From assembly GCA_963789395.1 (NCBI GenBank), contig CAWBKP010000011.1:96001-160000 (forward strand): DNA of 64,000 bases, given 5' to 3'. Source of the stretch: an uncultured delta proteobacterium. GTDB taxonomy: Bacteria; Desulfobacterota; Desulfobacteria; Desulfobacterales; Desulfatirhabdiaceae. Under the pieces are notes generated by a model. It did no database searches. It saw only the letters and a program-made list of their open reading frames with translations, and was not told where the DNA came from. The position numbers and the translations under genes are program-made. Shown here in pieces: positions 52,237 through 62,535 of this stretch (positions within the stretch are counted from its first letter, which is position 1; the number at the start of each line of letters is the position of its first letter).

Positions 52237-53670
52237 ATGGCTCTTGAATTACGCCAACAATTGAAATTGTCCCAGCAGCTGATCATGACCCCTCAGCTGC
52301 AACTGGCCATTAAACTCCTGCAGCTGTCCCGACTGGAGCTTTTAGAGACCATTCATCAGGAGCTTCAGGAAAACCCTGCTCTTGAAGAGACACTGGAAGA
52401 CGCGGCAACGGATCAGACGGAAGAAGCCCCTGAAATAATCCCCCCGGACGTCGGTACAATCTCCGGCGAGATTTCAGATCATAAAACCGTTGAAGATACG
52501 GACTGGAGCAGTCTGATCAATGAATACAGCTCATCGGGAAGGGTCACTTCAGAAACCGAAAAAAAAGACGCCCCCAATTACGAATCCTTTATCGCGCAGA
52601 AAGAATCGCTTCAGGACCATCTTTCCTGGCAACTGCTGATGTCGTTTCCGGACCAGGAGGTTGAAAACATAGGCAGCCTGATCATCGGCAATCTCAATGC
52701 GGACGGTTATCTGGAACTGAGTCTGGATGAACTTGCCCGCACGAGTCAATCCTCTCCCGAAAAAGCCGCCGAAGTCCTGCAGATGCTCCAGACATTTGAT
52801 CCCATTGGTGTGTGTTCCCGTGATCTCAGGGAATGCCTGCTGATTCAGGCCAGGCATTTCAACCTGGAAGGAACCGCGGTTGTCGATATTATTTCTAATC
52901 ACCTCCACCATCTGGAGAGAAAAAACTATAAAGCCATCAGCAAGGCATTGAAGCTCTCCATCGAAGACATCGTTGCTGCCGTCGACATCATCAAGGGACT
53001 GGAACCAAGGCCCGGACGCCTGTTCAATTCCGAATCCCCGCAGTACATCACCCCGGATATTTATGTTTACAAAGTGGACGAAGAGTTTGTGATTGTTCTG
53101 AACGATGACGGCATGCCGAAACTCAAGGTGAATACATTTTACAAGGACGCCATACAGCAGAAAAAAAACGTATCGGATCAGACTCGAGATTATGTTCAGG
53201 AAAAAATGAGATCCGCCACCTGGCTCATTCGCAGCATTCATCAGCGCCAGAAGACGATTTATAAGGTAATGGAAAGCATTTTGCGGTATCAGCGGGATTT
53301 TTTCGAGAAAGGCATTTTACACCTCAAACCCATGGTGCTCAGAGACATCGCCGAGGATATCAGCATGCATGAGTCCACCATCAGCCGGGTTACCACCAAT
53401 AAATACGCACACACCCCGCAGGGTATTTTTGAATTGAAATTTTTCTTCAACAGCTCTATTAACCGGATGCACGGAGAGGCGATTGCCTCTGCCAGCGTGC
53501 TGAACCAGATAAAGCATATCATTGACGGTGAAGACCCCAAAAAACCCTACAGTGATCAACAGCTTTCGGATATGTTGGAAGCCGCAAACATCAAAGTGGC
53601 GCGACGGACCGTGGCCAAATATCGGGAGATGCTGAAAGTGTTGCCTTCCAGCAGACGCAGGCAATTTTGA
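52237..53670 (+). CDS. rpoN: RNA polymerase sigma-54 factor
   Basis: MTPQLQLAIKLLQL, HESTISR, RpoN box ARRTVAKYRE. Confidence 0.97.
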   Translation: MALELRQQLKLSQQLIMTPQLQLAIKLLQLSRLELLETIHQELQENPALEETLEDAATDQTEEAPEIIPPDVGTISGEISDHKTVEDTDWSSLINEYSSSGRVTSETEKKDAPNYESFIAQKESLQDHLSWQLLMSFPDQEVENIGSLIIGNLNADGYLELSLDELARTSQSSPEKAAEVLQMLQTFDPIGVCSRDLRECLLIQARHFNLEGTAVVDIISNHLHHLERKNYKAISKALKLSIEDIVAAVDIIKGLEPRPGRLFNSESPQYITPDIYVYKVDEEFVIVLNDDGMPKLKVNTFYKDAIQQKKNVSDQTRDYVQEKMRSATWLIRSIHQRQKTIYKVMESILRYQRDFFEKGILHLKPMVLRDIAEDISMHESTISRVTTNKYAHTPQGIFELKFFFNSSINRMHGEAIASASVLNQIKHIIDGEDPKKPYSDQQLSDMLEAANIKVARRTVAKYREMLKVLPSSRRRQF

Positions 53671-53712
53671 AACAACCTTCGTCAATTAGCGAATAGAAAA
53701 AGGAGATTTTTC

Positions 53713-54246
53713 ATGCAAACATCTGTAAATTTTAAAAATATCGATTCTTCGGACAATTTGTCACAATATGTCAGCCATAAACTGGATCGATTTGACAAAT
53801 TTCTGGACAATCCCGCAGAAGCCAGTGTGGTGCTGTCTGTTGAAAAATTCAGACATATCGCGGAAATCAATATCGTTGGCGACAGGCTCAATATCTATGG
53901 CAAGGAAGAAACGGTCGACATGTATTCGGCCATTGACATGGTTCTGGATAAACTGGAAAAGCAAATCAAAAAGAATAAGGACAAGACACGGGATAGAAGA
54001 ACAGGCTCAAAAGCCAGGACAAAACTTTCTGTCACGGACAATTTGATTCATGTCGATCCCGAAGAACGCGGCCAGGTTATTGTTGAGCATATCGACTATA
54101 AACCCATGGACGTTGAAGAAGCCATTATGCAGATGGATCTAACGGAAGATCATTTTTTTGTATTCACAAATGCCAGATCCGAACGTGTCAATGTCCTGTA
54201 TCGGCGTAAGGACGGGGACTACGGGTTAATCCAACCCAGCAATTAA
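53713..54246 (+). CDS. hpf: Long-form ribosome hibernation promoting factor
   Basis: DMYSAIDMV.DKLEKQ; C-terminal KPMDVEEA...VLYRRKDGDYGLI. Confidence 0.92.
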   Translation: MQTSVNFKNIDSSDNLSQYVSHKLDRFDKFLDNPAEASVVLSVEKFRHIAEINIVGDRLNIYGKEETVDMYSAIDMVLDKLEKQIKKNKDKTRDRRTGSKARTKLSVTDNLIHVDPEERGQVIVEHIDYKPMDVEEAIMQMDLTEDHFFVFTNARSERVNVLYRRKDGDYGLIQPSN

Positions 54247-54323
54247 TTCTGCTGCCGGCCGGTTGCCCGTCTTTAAGTGGTTTTTCATTGACGACCGGCC
54301 GTTTTACACGGAATCCCAGGACC

Positions 54324-54782
54324 ATGAAAATTCTAGAATCATTACATCGCGATGCAATTCTCACGGACTTAAGCTCTCGGGATAAAAAAGGGCTTATCGA
54401 GGAACTGGCAGCTCCGGTTGCCCGGATTATCGGCGTGAGCTGCCCCGAGCTGGTTGCCGTTCTAATGGAGCGCGAGCGACTGGGAAGCACCGGCATCGGC
54501 ATGGGAATCGGCATTCCTCATGGGAAACTCAAATCCCTGGACGGCCTGGTAATGGGTTTTGGATTAAGCCGAAAAGGCATTGATTATGACTCACTGGATG
54601 GCAGGCCCGCGCATTTATTTTTCATGCTGATCACCCCTGAAAACTCCACGGGGCTTCACCTGAAAGCGCTGGCAAGAATTGCCAGAATGTTAAAAAACGA
54701 ACCCTTCAAAGAAAAGCTGCTTCGGGCGCAGACCCCTGATGACGTCATTTCCATCATTCAAGCCGAAGATGAAGATTTCTAA
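54324..54782 (+). CDS. ptsN: PTS IIA (Ntr/fructose-type) component
   Basis: RERLGSTGIG.GIGIPH, HLKALARIAR. Confidence 0.88.
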   Translation: MKILESLHRDAILTDLSSRDKKGLIEELAAPVARIIGVSCPELVAVLMERERLGSTGIGMGIGIPHGKLKSLDGLVMGFGLSRKGIDYDSLDGRPAHLFFMLITPENSTGLHLKALARIARMLKNEPFKEKLLRAQTPDDVISIIQAEDEDF

Positions 54783-54793
54783 CAAAGCTATTC

Positions 54794-55666
54794 GTGAAAA
54801 CGCATAATATCATCATTATCACCGGGTATTCCGGTTCCGGAAAAAGCACTGCCATTGCGGCTCTCGAAGATGCCGGTTATTACTGTGTCGACAACATGCC
54901 GGTTGCCCTTCTGCCGAAATTTCTGGAACTTCCCATCGAACGTGATTTCAAGATGGCAGGCCTGGCATTTGTCATGGATGTGCGTGAAAAAGGCTTTCTT
55001 GCCAGTCATGCGTCAATATTTGAATCCCTGAAAATCCAGGGCTATGCGTTCAAGATCCTTTTTCTTGAAGCCGAAGAAGAGGTCCTGATCCACCGATACA
55101 GTCAGACAAGGCGGCAACATCCGCTTTCACGGAATAAAAACCTGACAGACAGTATCCGGATGGAGAAAGAACAATTAAAGGATCTGCGAACCGCAGCGGA
55201 TCTGATTATCAACACTTCTTACAGCAATGTTCATGAGCTTAAATCCATGATCCAGAATATTGCACAGAAAAGCGGTGTCTTGTCTTCCATCCACATTACG
55301 GTGTTGTCTTTTGGCTTTAAATTTGGCATACCCAAAGATGCGGATCTGGTAATGGATGTGCGGTTTATTGCCAACCCTTATTATGTGCCGGAGTTAAAAC
55401 CGCTGGATGGCACTTCGCACAGCGTAAAATCCCATGTCCTGGACAATGTCGAATGCCAGGAATTTTTAAGACGGTATCTTGATCTGTTAGCATATCTTAT
55501 CCCTTTGTACGAAAAAGAAGGCAAAGCCTATCTGACCCTTGCAGTGGGATGTACGGGAGGAAGGCACCGGTCCGTGGCCGTTGCCGAAGCGATCAATGAC
55601 CATCTGGAAAATCTTTATCCGTTGAAACATATCGAAGTTCATCACCGGGATATTGCACTGACGTGA
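54794..55666 (+). CDS. rapZ: RNase adapter RapZ
   Basis: TGYSGSGKS, CVDNMP, SFGFKFG, GCTGGRHRSV. Confidence 0.94.
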   Translation: MKTHNIIIITGYSGSGKSTAIAALEDAGYYCVDNMPVALLPKFLELPIERDFKMAGLAFVMDVREKGFLASHASIFESLKIQGYAFKILFLEAEEEVLIHRYSQTRRQHPLSRNKNLTDSIRMEKEQLKDLRTAADLIINTSYSNVHELKSMIQNIAQKSGVLSSIHITVLSFGFKFGIPKDADLVMDVRFIANPYYVPELKPLDGTSHSVKSHVLDNVECQEFLRRYLDLLAYLIPLYEKEGKAYLTLAVGCTGGRHRSVAVAEAINDHLENLYPLKHIEVHHRDIALT

Positions 55667-55831
55667 ATGTAAAAATTGCTTTATGGCGCCGGTTTCGTGG
55701 CGGATTTCTGCGAAATATTAACCAATTGTCCACTGGACTTTAGATATTCTATGATGAGTGCCTGAACAGACTTTCCGTTCAAACTATCTGCCAGCTTATC
55801 GGGTCCACCATGGTCTTAAACAGGAGTGTTC

Positions 55832-56254
55832 ATGATAGGGATTGTTATTGTAACCCATTGCTGTCTTGGCGATGCCTTAATCGAAGCTGCAGTGTTCATC
55901 CTTGGCAGCCGGCCGGAACAACTGGAGTCCGTTTCCATAGATATCAACGAAGAGGCTGAAAAACTGCGCGCAAAAATTGCCGCAGGCATTAAAAAAGTGG
56001 ACCAGAAAGACGGAATTCTTATCCTTACGGACATGTTTGGCGGGACGCCGTCCAATATCAGTTATTCCTTTCTGGAAGAAGGGCGCATCGAAGTCCTTTC
56101 CGGGGTGAATCTACCTGTCTTGATAAAGGCGCTTCACCTTCGAAAAGATACGGATCTCAGCAAACTGGCCGTTACCCTGGAGACCTCGGGGAAAAAGAGT
56201 ATTTCACTGGCAAGCGGTATATTAAAAGGCAACAAGCCGGGAGAATCATCATAA
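55832..56254 (+). CDS. PTS IIA mannose/fructose-type component
   Basis: MIGIVIVTH, LTDMFGGTPSN, SGVNLP. Confidence 0.9.
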   Translation: MIGIVIVTHCCLGDALIEAAVFILGSRPEQLESVSIDINEEAEKLRAKIAAGIKKVDQKDGILILTDMFGGTPSNISYSFLEEGRIEVLSGVNLPVLIKALHLRKDTDLSKLAVTLETSGKKSISLASGILKGNKPGESS

Positions 56255-56334
56255 TGTCACCTATCGGACCTGTTTGCTTCCGCTCTGCTGCCAATAGATT
56301 TATATTCTGATAATCTTTTCAAGGAGGTTGTTTT

Positions 56335-57339
56335 ATGAGCATAAAATTAGGGATAAATGGTTTTGGTCGAATTGGAAGAATGGTATTCAGGGCGGCAATG
56401 AACCGTTCCGACGTTGAAGTCGTGGCCATCAACGATCTTACCGATGCCCCAACCATGGCGCATCTTCTGGCATATGATTCGGTTCATGGCAAGCTACCCG
56501 TAGCTGTTACCGGCAAGGAAGGCGCCATTGAAGTCGGTGGGAAATCCATTGCCGTTACCAGCATCAAGGATCCCGCCAAACTGGAATGGAAGGACCTGGG
56601 TGTTGATATCGTAGCAGAATGCACCGGGCTTTTCACGGACAAGGAAAACACCTCCAAACACCTTGCTGCCGGCGCAAAAAAAGTCATTATTTCCGCACCC
56701 GCAAAAAACCCGGACATCACCATTGTTCTCGGGGTTAACAGCAACAGTTACGACCCCCGCAAACACCATATTATCTCCAATGCCTCCTGTACAACCAACT
56801 GTCTGGCCCCGGTAGCCAAAGTGCTGCTGGAACGATTCGGTATCCGCTGCGGGTTGATGACAACCATTCATTCCTATACCGGGGACCAGCGACTGCTCGA
56901 TTTCCCGCACAAAGACCTGCGAAGAGCCAGAGCTGCAGCCCTTTCCATGATTCCGACCACGACAGGCGCCGCCAAGGCGGTTTCGCTGGTGCTTCCGGAA
57001 TTGACCGGCAAATTGAATGGTCTTGCCATCCGGGTTCCGACTCCAAACGTCTCCATCGTGGATATTGTGGCAACCATTGAAAAATCCGGCGTGACTGTTG
57101 CAGACGTCAATGGCGCACTTAAAGAAGCAGCCGAGGGAGCTCTTTCCGGAATTCTGTCCTATTGCGATCTGCCGCTGGTCTCCTCCGATTTCAATGGATC
57201 GCCCTATTCATCCATTGTGGATGCAATCTCGACATTTGTTGTTCAAGACATGGTCAAAGTCATGTCCTGGTATGACAATGAAACCGGATATTCCACGCGA
57301 ATGGTTGACCTTGCCGCCATGATAGGAGAACAGCTCTGA
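56335..57339 (+). CDS. gap: Glyceraldehyde-3-phosphate dehydrogenase, type I
   Basis: GINGFGRIGR, SNASCTTNCLAP, WYDNE. Confidence 0.97.
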   Translation: MSIKLGINGFGRIGRMVFRAAMNRSDVEVVAINDLTDAPTMAHLLAYDSVHGKLPVAVTGKEGAIEVGGKSIAVTSIKDPAKLEWKDLGVDIVAECTGLFTDKENTSKHLAAGAKKVIISAPAKNPDITIVLGVNSNSYDPRKHHIISNASCTTNCLAPVAKVLLERFGIRCGLMTTIHSYTGDQRLLDFPHKDLRRARAAALSMIPTTTGAAKAVSLVLPELTGKLNGLAIRVPTPNVSIVDIVATIEKSGVTVADVNGALKEAAEGALSGILSYCDLPLVSSDFNGSPYSSIVDAISTFVVQDMVKVMSWYDNETGYSTRMVDLAAMIGEQL

Positions 57340-58103
57340 TGAACCCCACCCTTCGCAAGCCGCTTATTGCAGGAAACTGGAAAATGTACAAAACCGTGCG
57401 CGAGGCCGTGGAAACAGCCAGGGAACTGGTTCAGTGCACTGCCGCGGTAAATGTCGATGTGATGATCGCACCTGCCTTCACCGCGCTGGCACCGGTTGCC
57501 GATGTTGTCAGGGGAACATCCGTTTTGCTGGGCGCACAAAACCTTTTCTGGAAAAACGAAGGCGCCTATACCGGTGAAATATCGCCGGTAATGCTTTCCG
57601 ACATCGGCTGCCAATACGCTATCATTGGACATTCCGAACGGCGGCAATTTTTTGGAGAAACCGACGAATCGGTCAATGCCAAAATCCGGTCTGCAATTGA
57701 TCACCAATTGATCCCTGTTTTCTGCGTGGGAGAAACCGAAACACAGCGGGATGCCAAAGAAACATTTTCTGTTCTTGACAAACAGGTCTCAAAGGGTTTA
57801 GAAGGCTTTTCGTCCAAAGCGCTGTCCGGCATAGTTATCGCCTATGAGCCGGTGTGGGCGATCGGCACCGGCAAAACCGCAACCATCGATCAGGTACAGG
57901 AAGTTCATGCATTTCTGCGATCCCTGGTTGAAAAACGCTTTGATAATCTGCTTGCCAAAACCGTAAAAATTCTGTATGGTGGCAGCGTTAAACCTGACAA
58001 TGTTGCGGATATCATGAATATGCCGGATGTCGACGGTGCGCTGGTCGGCGGCGCCAGTCTTTCGGCAAAAGTATTCAACAGCATCATTCATTTTCATCAT
58101 TAA
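57339..58103 (+). CDS. tpiA: Triosephosphate isomerase
   Basis: AGNWKM, GHSERR, AYEPVWAIGTG, LVGGASL. Confidence 0.97.
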   Translation: MNPTLRKPLIAGNWKMYKTVREAVETARELVQCTAAVNVDVMIAPAFTALAPVADVVRGTSVLLGAQNLFWKNEGAYTGEISPVMLSDIGCQYAIIGHSERRQFFGETDESVNAKIRSAIDHQLIPVFCVGETETQRDAKETFSVLDKQVSKGLEGFSSKALSGIVIAYEPVWAIGTGKTATIDQVQEVHAFLRSLVEKRFDNLLAKTVKILYGGSVKPDNVADIMNMPDVDGALVGGASLSAKVFNSIIHFHH

Positions 58104-58123
58104 CCCAAAAAATACGGTAACTC

Positions 58124-58507
58124 ATGTCCGTTTTATTAACATCGATTCATATTATTGTCTGTATCGCACTTATCATGATTGTTCTGCTCCAGACCGGAAA
58201 AGGCGCTGATATGGGCGCGGCTTTCGGCGGTGGATCCAGCCAGACCCTTTTTGGCAGCACCGGTGCTTCAACGTTTTTAAGCAAAGCCACTACTGTAGCC
58301 GCTATTGTTTTCATGATTACCTCGCTCGCGCTGGCCTATATGTCCAGTAACCGATCCGGTAAATCCATCATGACGAACGCGCCGGCTCCGGTATCCGCTC
58401 CCGCAACATCGGAAAGCCAACCGGAAACAAAAACGGACGCAGCACAGAGCGCGCCCCAAACAGCAGCACCTTCACAGCAGCCTCCTGAAAGTGCTCCAAA
58501 AAAATGA
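58124..58507 (+). CDS. secG: Preprotein translocase subunit SecG
   Basis: VLLQTGKGADMGAAFGGG, two TM helices, follows tpiA. Confidence 0.93.
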   Translation: MSVLLTSIHIIVCIALIMIVLLQTGKGADMGAAFGGGSSQTLFGSTGASTFLSKATTVAAIVFMITSLALAYMSSNRSGKSIMTNAPAPVSAPATSESQPETKTDAAQSAPQTAAPSQQPPESAPKK

Positions 58508-58514
58508 TTTCCTC

Positions 58515-58565
58515 AAGGCTGTTTTTGCCGGCAATATGTTTCACTTGGCGAAAACAGCCTTTTTT
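58515..58565 (+). terminator. Terminator-like hairpin between secG and tRNA-Leu
   Basis: AAGGCTGTTTT...AAAACAGCCTT stem followed by a T run. Confidence 0.5.
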
Positions 58566-58568
58566 CCT

Positions 58569-58654
58569 GCCGAAGTGGTGGAATTGGTAGACACACTATC
58601 TTGAGGGGGTAGCGCGTTACGCGCGTGCCGGTTCAAATCCGGCCTTCGGCACCA
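58569..58654 (+). tRNA. tRNA-Leu (anticodon GAG)
   Basis: GCCGAAG acceptor stem pairs with CTTCGGC + ACCA; anticodon arm CTATC-TTGAGGG-GGTAG; long variable arm; GGTTCAAATCC T-arm; 86 nt. Confidence 0.96.
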
Positions 58655-58664
58655 TAAATCAGTG

Positions 58665-58705
58665 AAAGCCTGTAATTCGAGAGGATTACAGGCTTTTTGT
58701 TTTTT
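58665..58705 (+). terminator. Intrinsic terminator after tRNA-Leu
   Basis: AAAGCCTGTAAT-tcgagagg-ATTACAGGCTTT then TTGTTTTTTT. Confidence 0.85.
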
Positions 58706-58833
58706 TCGATTAGGCGGCCTTTGGCAAGATCTGGAGTATTTGTCCGGATTCCTTCAACTCAGCGGATGAGATCCCCAGACAGTCACTAAAATAGAGCTTG
58801 CAAAAATATCGTTCTTTGCTTATTTTATCGAAA

Positions 58834-58847
58834 TGACCAAGTGGTCA
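58834..58847. promoter_or_regulatory. Palindromic putative operator upstream of the mqn cluster
   Basis: TGACCA-AG-TGGTCA, just downstream of TTGCAA-N17-TATTTT. Confidence 0.5.
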
Positions 58848-58908
58848 CTTTCCAGAAACCAGGTAATCATGTTTTTCATAAATATTTTTTAACTATCTAA
58901 TATCAAGA

Positions 58909-59039
58909 GGGCCTCTTGCAAAACTTCTTCAAATTACCTCTTCCGCATACCGGCGAAAGCTGGTATCCAGTGTATTCAGAGGGTTATGGGCTTCGGTTCT
59001 CACCGGGGCAACAAACGGCGGTACTTTTGCAAGAGTCTC
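58909..59039. mobile_element. MITE-like non-coding element (131 bp)
   Basis: Terminal inverted repeats GGGCCTCTTGCAAAA / TTTTGCAAGAGTCTC (13/15 match); internal ATACCGGC-GAAA-GCTGGTAT hairpin. Confidence 0.5.
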
Positions 59040-59073
59040 AAATAAGAATATATTTATCATACAGACACCCACA

Positions 59074-60169
59074 ATGAAGGATCGCTTCAATAGTATTCAG
59101 AACAAGGTGCTCTCGCAGCAGCGACTGGAATTTGAGGACGGCTTGTTTCTCTTTGAAAGCAACGAGATTGCACGCATCGGCCAGCTGGCCGATATCGTTA
59201 GAAAACGGCTCAACGAAAATCGCGCTTATTATGTTTACAACCAGCACATCAACTATACCAATGTCTGCATCAGCCACTGCAGGTTCTGCGCTTATGCCAA
59301 AAATCCGGGAGATACTGGAGCCTATGCCTGGACTGCGTTGGATATCCGGCAGCGCATTTTATCCCGAATTGAAGAACCCATAACAGAACTGCATATTGTC
59401 GGCGGGCTTAACCCGGATCTGCCGTTTTCTTATTACACGGAATTGCTGGAAACGGCCCAGAAAGTCCGATCCAGGGGCCACGCTGAAAGCCTTTACAGCA
59501 GTTGAGCTGGATTTTATGGCCAAAAATTCCGGATATTCTGTTGAAGATGTGATCGGCAGACTGAAAGAATCGGGGCTTGCCATGCTCCCCGGAGGCGGGG
59601 CCGAGGTCATGAGCAGCCGGATTCACAAAACCCTCTTCCCCCGCAAAATCAACGGAAAAAGGTGGCTGGACATCATGGAAACCGCTCACGGAGCCGGGCT
59701 GATGACAAATGCCACCCTGCTCTACGGACATATCGAAACTTATGCGGAACGGCTCTCTCATCTGATGGCGTTACGGGACCTGCAGGACAGGACATCGGGG
59801 TTCTGCGCATTTATCCCCCTCGCCTTTCATTCGGCCAATACCGGCCTTTCCCATCTTCCCGCCACAACGGCTTTTGACGACTTGAAGACCATCGCCATAT
59901 CCAGGCTGATGCTGGACAATTTTGCCCACATAAAGGCCTATTGGGTCATGATCGGCGAAAAACTGGCACAGCTGGCGCTTTCATTCGGCGCCGATGATCT
60001 GGACGGCACCATCATCGAAGAACGCATATCCCATGAAGCTGGCGCAACATCCCCCAAAGGGCTGACGCGCGATCAGCTGGAATATCTCATCACTTCCGCA
60101 GGCTATGAGCCCATGGAAAGAGACGCCTTTTACCGGCCGGTCTCACAAACGTCGCAATCAGCATCCTGA
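59074..60169 (+). CDS. mqnE: Aminofutalosine synthase (radical SAM), apparent frameshift near 59470
   Basis: HINYTNVCISHCRFC, ELHIVGGL, KAFTAVE, PGGGAE, NATLLYGHIE, HIKAYWVM. Confidence 0.88.
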
Positions 60170-60196
60170 CCCTTTGAATTTAACATAGATTTCAAC

Positions 60197-61288
60197 ATGA
60201 GAGAACTGGCCCCAATCCGGGATAAAATTCTGAATCATCGCCGTATTGACGTGGACGATGCGCTGCGCCTGCTGGATCAGGCTGACCTGCTTGACCTGGC
60301 GTTCCTGGCACATGATGTCAGAAAACGGCTGCATCCCGAACCTGTGGTCACCTTCGTGGTGGACCGGAACATCAATTACACCAATGGATGTATATGCGGT
60401 TGCAAGTTCTGCGCCTATTATCGCCCGCCGGATCACCCCGAGGCAGATATCATCACAAAAGAGGTGCTCCGCCGGAAGATTCGGGAAACCCTTGACCTGG
60501 GCGGAACCCAGATCCTGCTGCAAGGCGGGCTCAATCCGCTTCTGGGACTGGATTATTATCTGGATCTTCTGCGTTTTATCAAATTGAATTTCGATATTCA
60601 CATCCATGGACTTTCTCCGCCTGAAATCGCTTTTCTCGCCCGGAACAGCGGCCTTTCTATTGAGGAGACACTGCGCTCCCTGGTGCATGCCGGGCTGGAT
60701 ACCATTCCCGGCGGGGGCGCCGAAATCCTGTCGGATGATATCCGCCAGCGGATATCCCCGAACAAATGCACGGCGGATTCCTGGCTGAACGTCATGGAAC
60801 AGGCACACCGGCTTGGCCTCAAAACCACGGCTACCATGATGTTCGGTCATGTTGAAACCCCCGCGCATATTATCCTGCATCTGATGAAGATCCGCGATCT
60901 ACAGGACCGAACCCGGGGGTTTACAGCGTTCATTCCGTGGACATTTCAGCCAGGCAACACGAATCTTCCTGTGGTCGCCGCTACACCCGTCCACTACCTG
61001 AGAGTGCTTGCCGTATCCCGGCTGGTGCTGGACAATGTCCCCAATATCCAGGCATCCTGGGTGACGCAAGGGGAAAAAATCGCGCAGATGGCTCTGGCTT
61101 TTGGCGCCAATGATCTGGGCAGTACGATGATCGAAGAAAATGTGGTGGCGGCAGCGGGCGTGGATTTCAAGCTGTCTCTATCGGATATGGTCAGAATGAT
61201 CACAGGCGCTGGATACAGCGCGATTCAGCGGGATTGTTATTACAATTCACTGACGGAACACCGGATGACGGAACCAGATGACCGATGA
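60197..61288 (+). CDS. mqnC: Cyclic dehypoxanthinyl futalosine synthase (radical SAM)
   Basis: VDRNINYTNGCICGCKFC, TQILLQGG, TATMMFGH, FIPWTFQ, NIQASWVTQG, MIEENVV. Confidence 0.92.
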   Translation: MRELAPIRDKILNHRRIDVDDALRLLDQADLLDLAFLAHDVRKRLHPEPVVTFVVDRNINYTNGCICGCKFCAYYRPPDHPEADIITKEVLRRKIRETLDLGGTQILLQGGLNPLLGLDYYLDLLRFIKLNFDIHIHGLSPPEIAFLARNSGLSIEETLRSLVHAGLDTIPGGGAEILSDDIRQRISPNKCTADSWLNVMEQAHRLGLKTTATMMFGHVETPAHIILHLMKIRDLQDRTRGFTAFIPWTFQPGNTNLPVVAATPVHYLRVLAVSRLVLDNVPNIQASWVTQGEKIAQMALAFGANDLGSTMIEENVVAAAGVDFKLSLSDMVRMITGAGYSAIQRDCYYNSLTEHRMTEPDDR

Positions 61289-62535
61289 CAGATAAGCGGA
61301 TGACAGCAAAAAGCATTCGAAATGGCAGCCCGGGGTCCGTGATCCACAGAGCCGGCTGGGTGATCATTGACCCGTGGACCATTTACTCCAACGGATTCGT
61401 GCGGGTGGAAAACGGCAGCATCCGGGAAATCGGGCAAGGAACCCCTGCAGGCGTCGATGAGGTCAGGGATTACGGGAGCGGTGTTATTTTTCCGGCCCTG
61501 GTCAATGCCCATACCCATCTTGAGCTTAGCGCTCTCAAAGGGCGCATCTCCACACACAACGGATTCAGCTCCTGGGTCAAGGACTTAATCGAAAAGCGGG
61601 CGCTACTGAGCAATGATACGCTGCGGGAAGCATCAGAAATCGGGATTCGGGAAATCCTTGCATCCGGATGCGGCGCAGTCGGAGAGATATCGAGCCTGGG
61701 ACTGACCCTGGAGTCAGTCCGGAAATCGGGTCTGGCAGGGGTTTGGTTCCAGGAATTTATAGGCGATCTTGATTCAATCCCTGAAAAATTTGAAAATCAA
61801 CCCGGCGACCTGGAAACATCGCTGTCCGGCCATGCCCCCCATACCACATCGCCAAAAGTTCTGGTGGATATTAAGAACCAGACCCGCAGGCAGAACACGC
61901 CGTTTTCCATTCACGTAGCCGAATCAGACGAAGAAATCTCATTTTTGACCACTGCAACCGGCCCGTGGAAGGACTTTCTGCTGTCACGGGGAATCGATTC
62001 AAAATCCTGGGGACTTCCCGTAAAAAGCGCTGTAAAGCACCTGAACACCATCGGCATTCTGGATAACCGGACGATACTGGTGCATGTGCTTCATGCAGAT
62101 CAGACAGACATGGATGCAATCCAAACATCCGGAGCCCATGTCTGCCTCTGCCCGCGAAGCAATCATGTGCTGCATCAACGGCTGCCTGATCTTGAATATA
62201 TGCTGAAGTCAGGCATCAATCTCTGCCTGGGAACAGACAGTCTGGCCAGCGTGAACAGCCTCAGCATGCTGGATGAAATGGCATTTGCCTCCAGATGTTT
62301 TCCCTCGACCCCGCCGGAAAAAATTTTTCAGATGGCGACCCTTGGCGGCGCGGCAGCGCTTGGGCTGATCAACCAAATGGGAACGCTGGCTCCGGGCAAA
62401 CAGGCCAGGCTGGCCTATGGTGATATTCAGGCATCAACGGCATCTCAGGTCGTGGAGGTGCTGGTCAATCACAACAAACCGGATGAAACATCCAGTCCCA
62501 TAGCTGTTTCAACCAAGTCCAAAGGCGGTGTTGCA
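61285..62535 (+). CDS. Amidohydrolase-family deaminase (probable aminodeoxyfutalosine deaminase); no stop before mqnA as sequenced
   Basis: NAHTHLE, HAPHT, HVAES, CPRSN, GTDSLAS; located inside the mqn cluster. Confidence 0.8.

Noticed and set aside
55667..55825. Sigma-54 promoter (TGGCGGATTTCTGC) before the PTS IIA gene
   Set aside because: GG-to-GC spacing is 9 nt rather than the required 10
58569..59073. Genomic island integrated at tRNA-Leu
   Set aside because: No integrase, no duplicated tRNA 3' end seen, and housekeeping mqn genes follow
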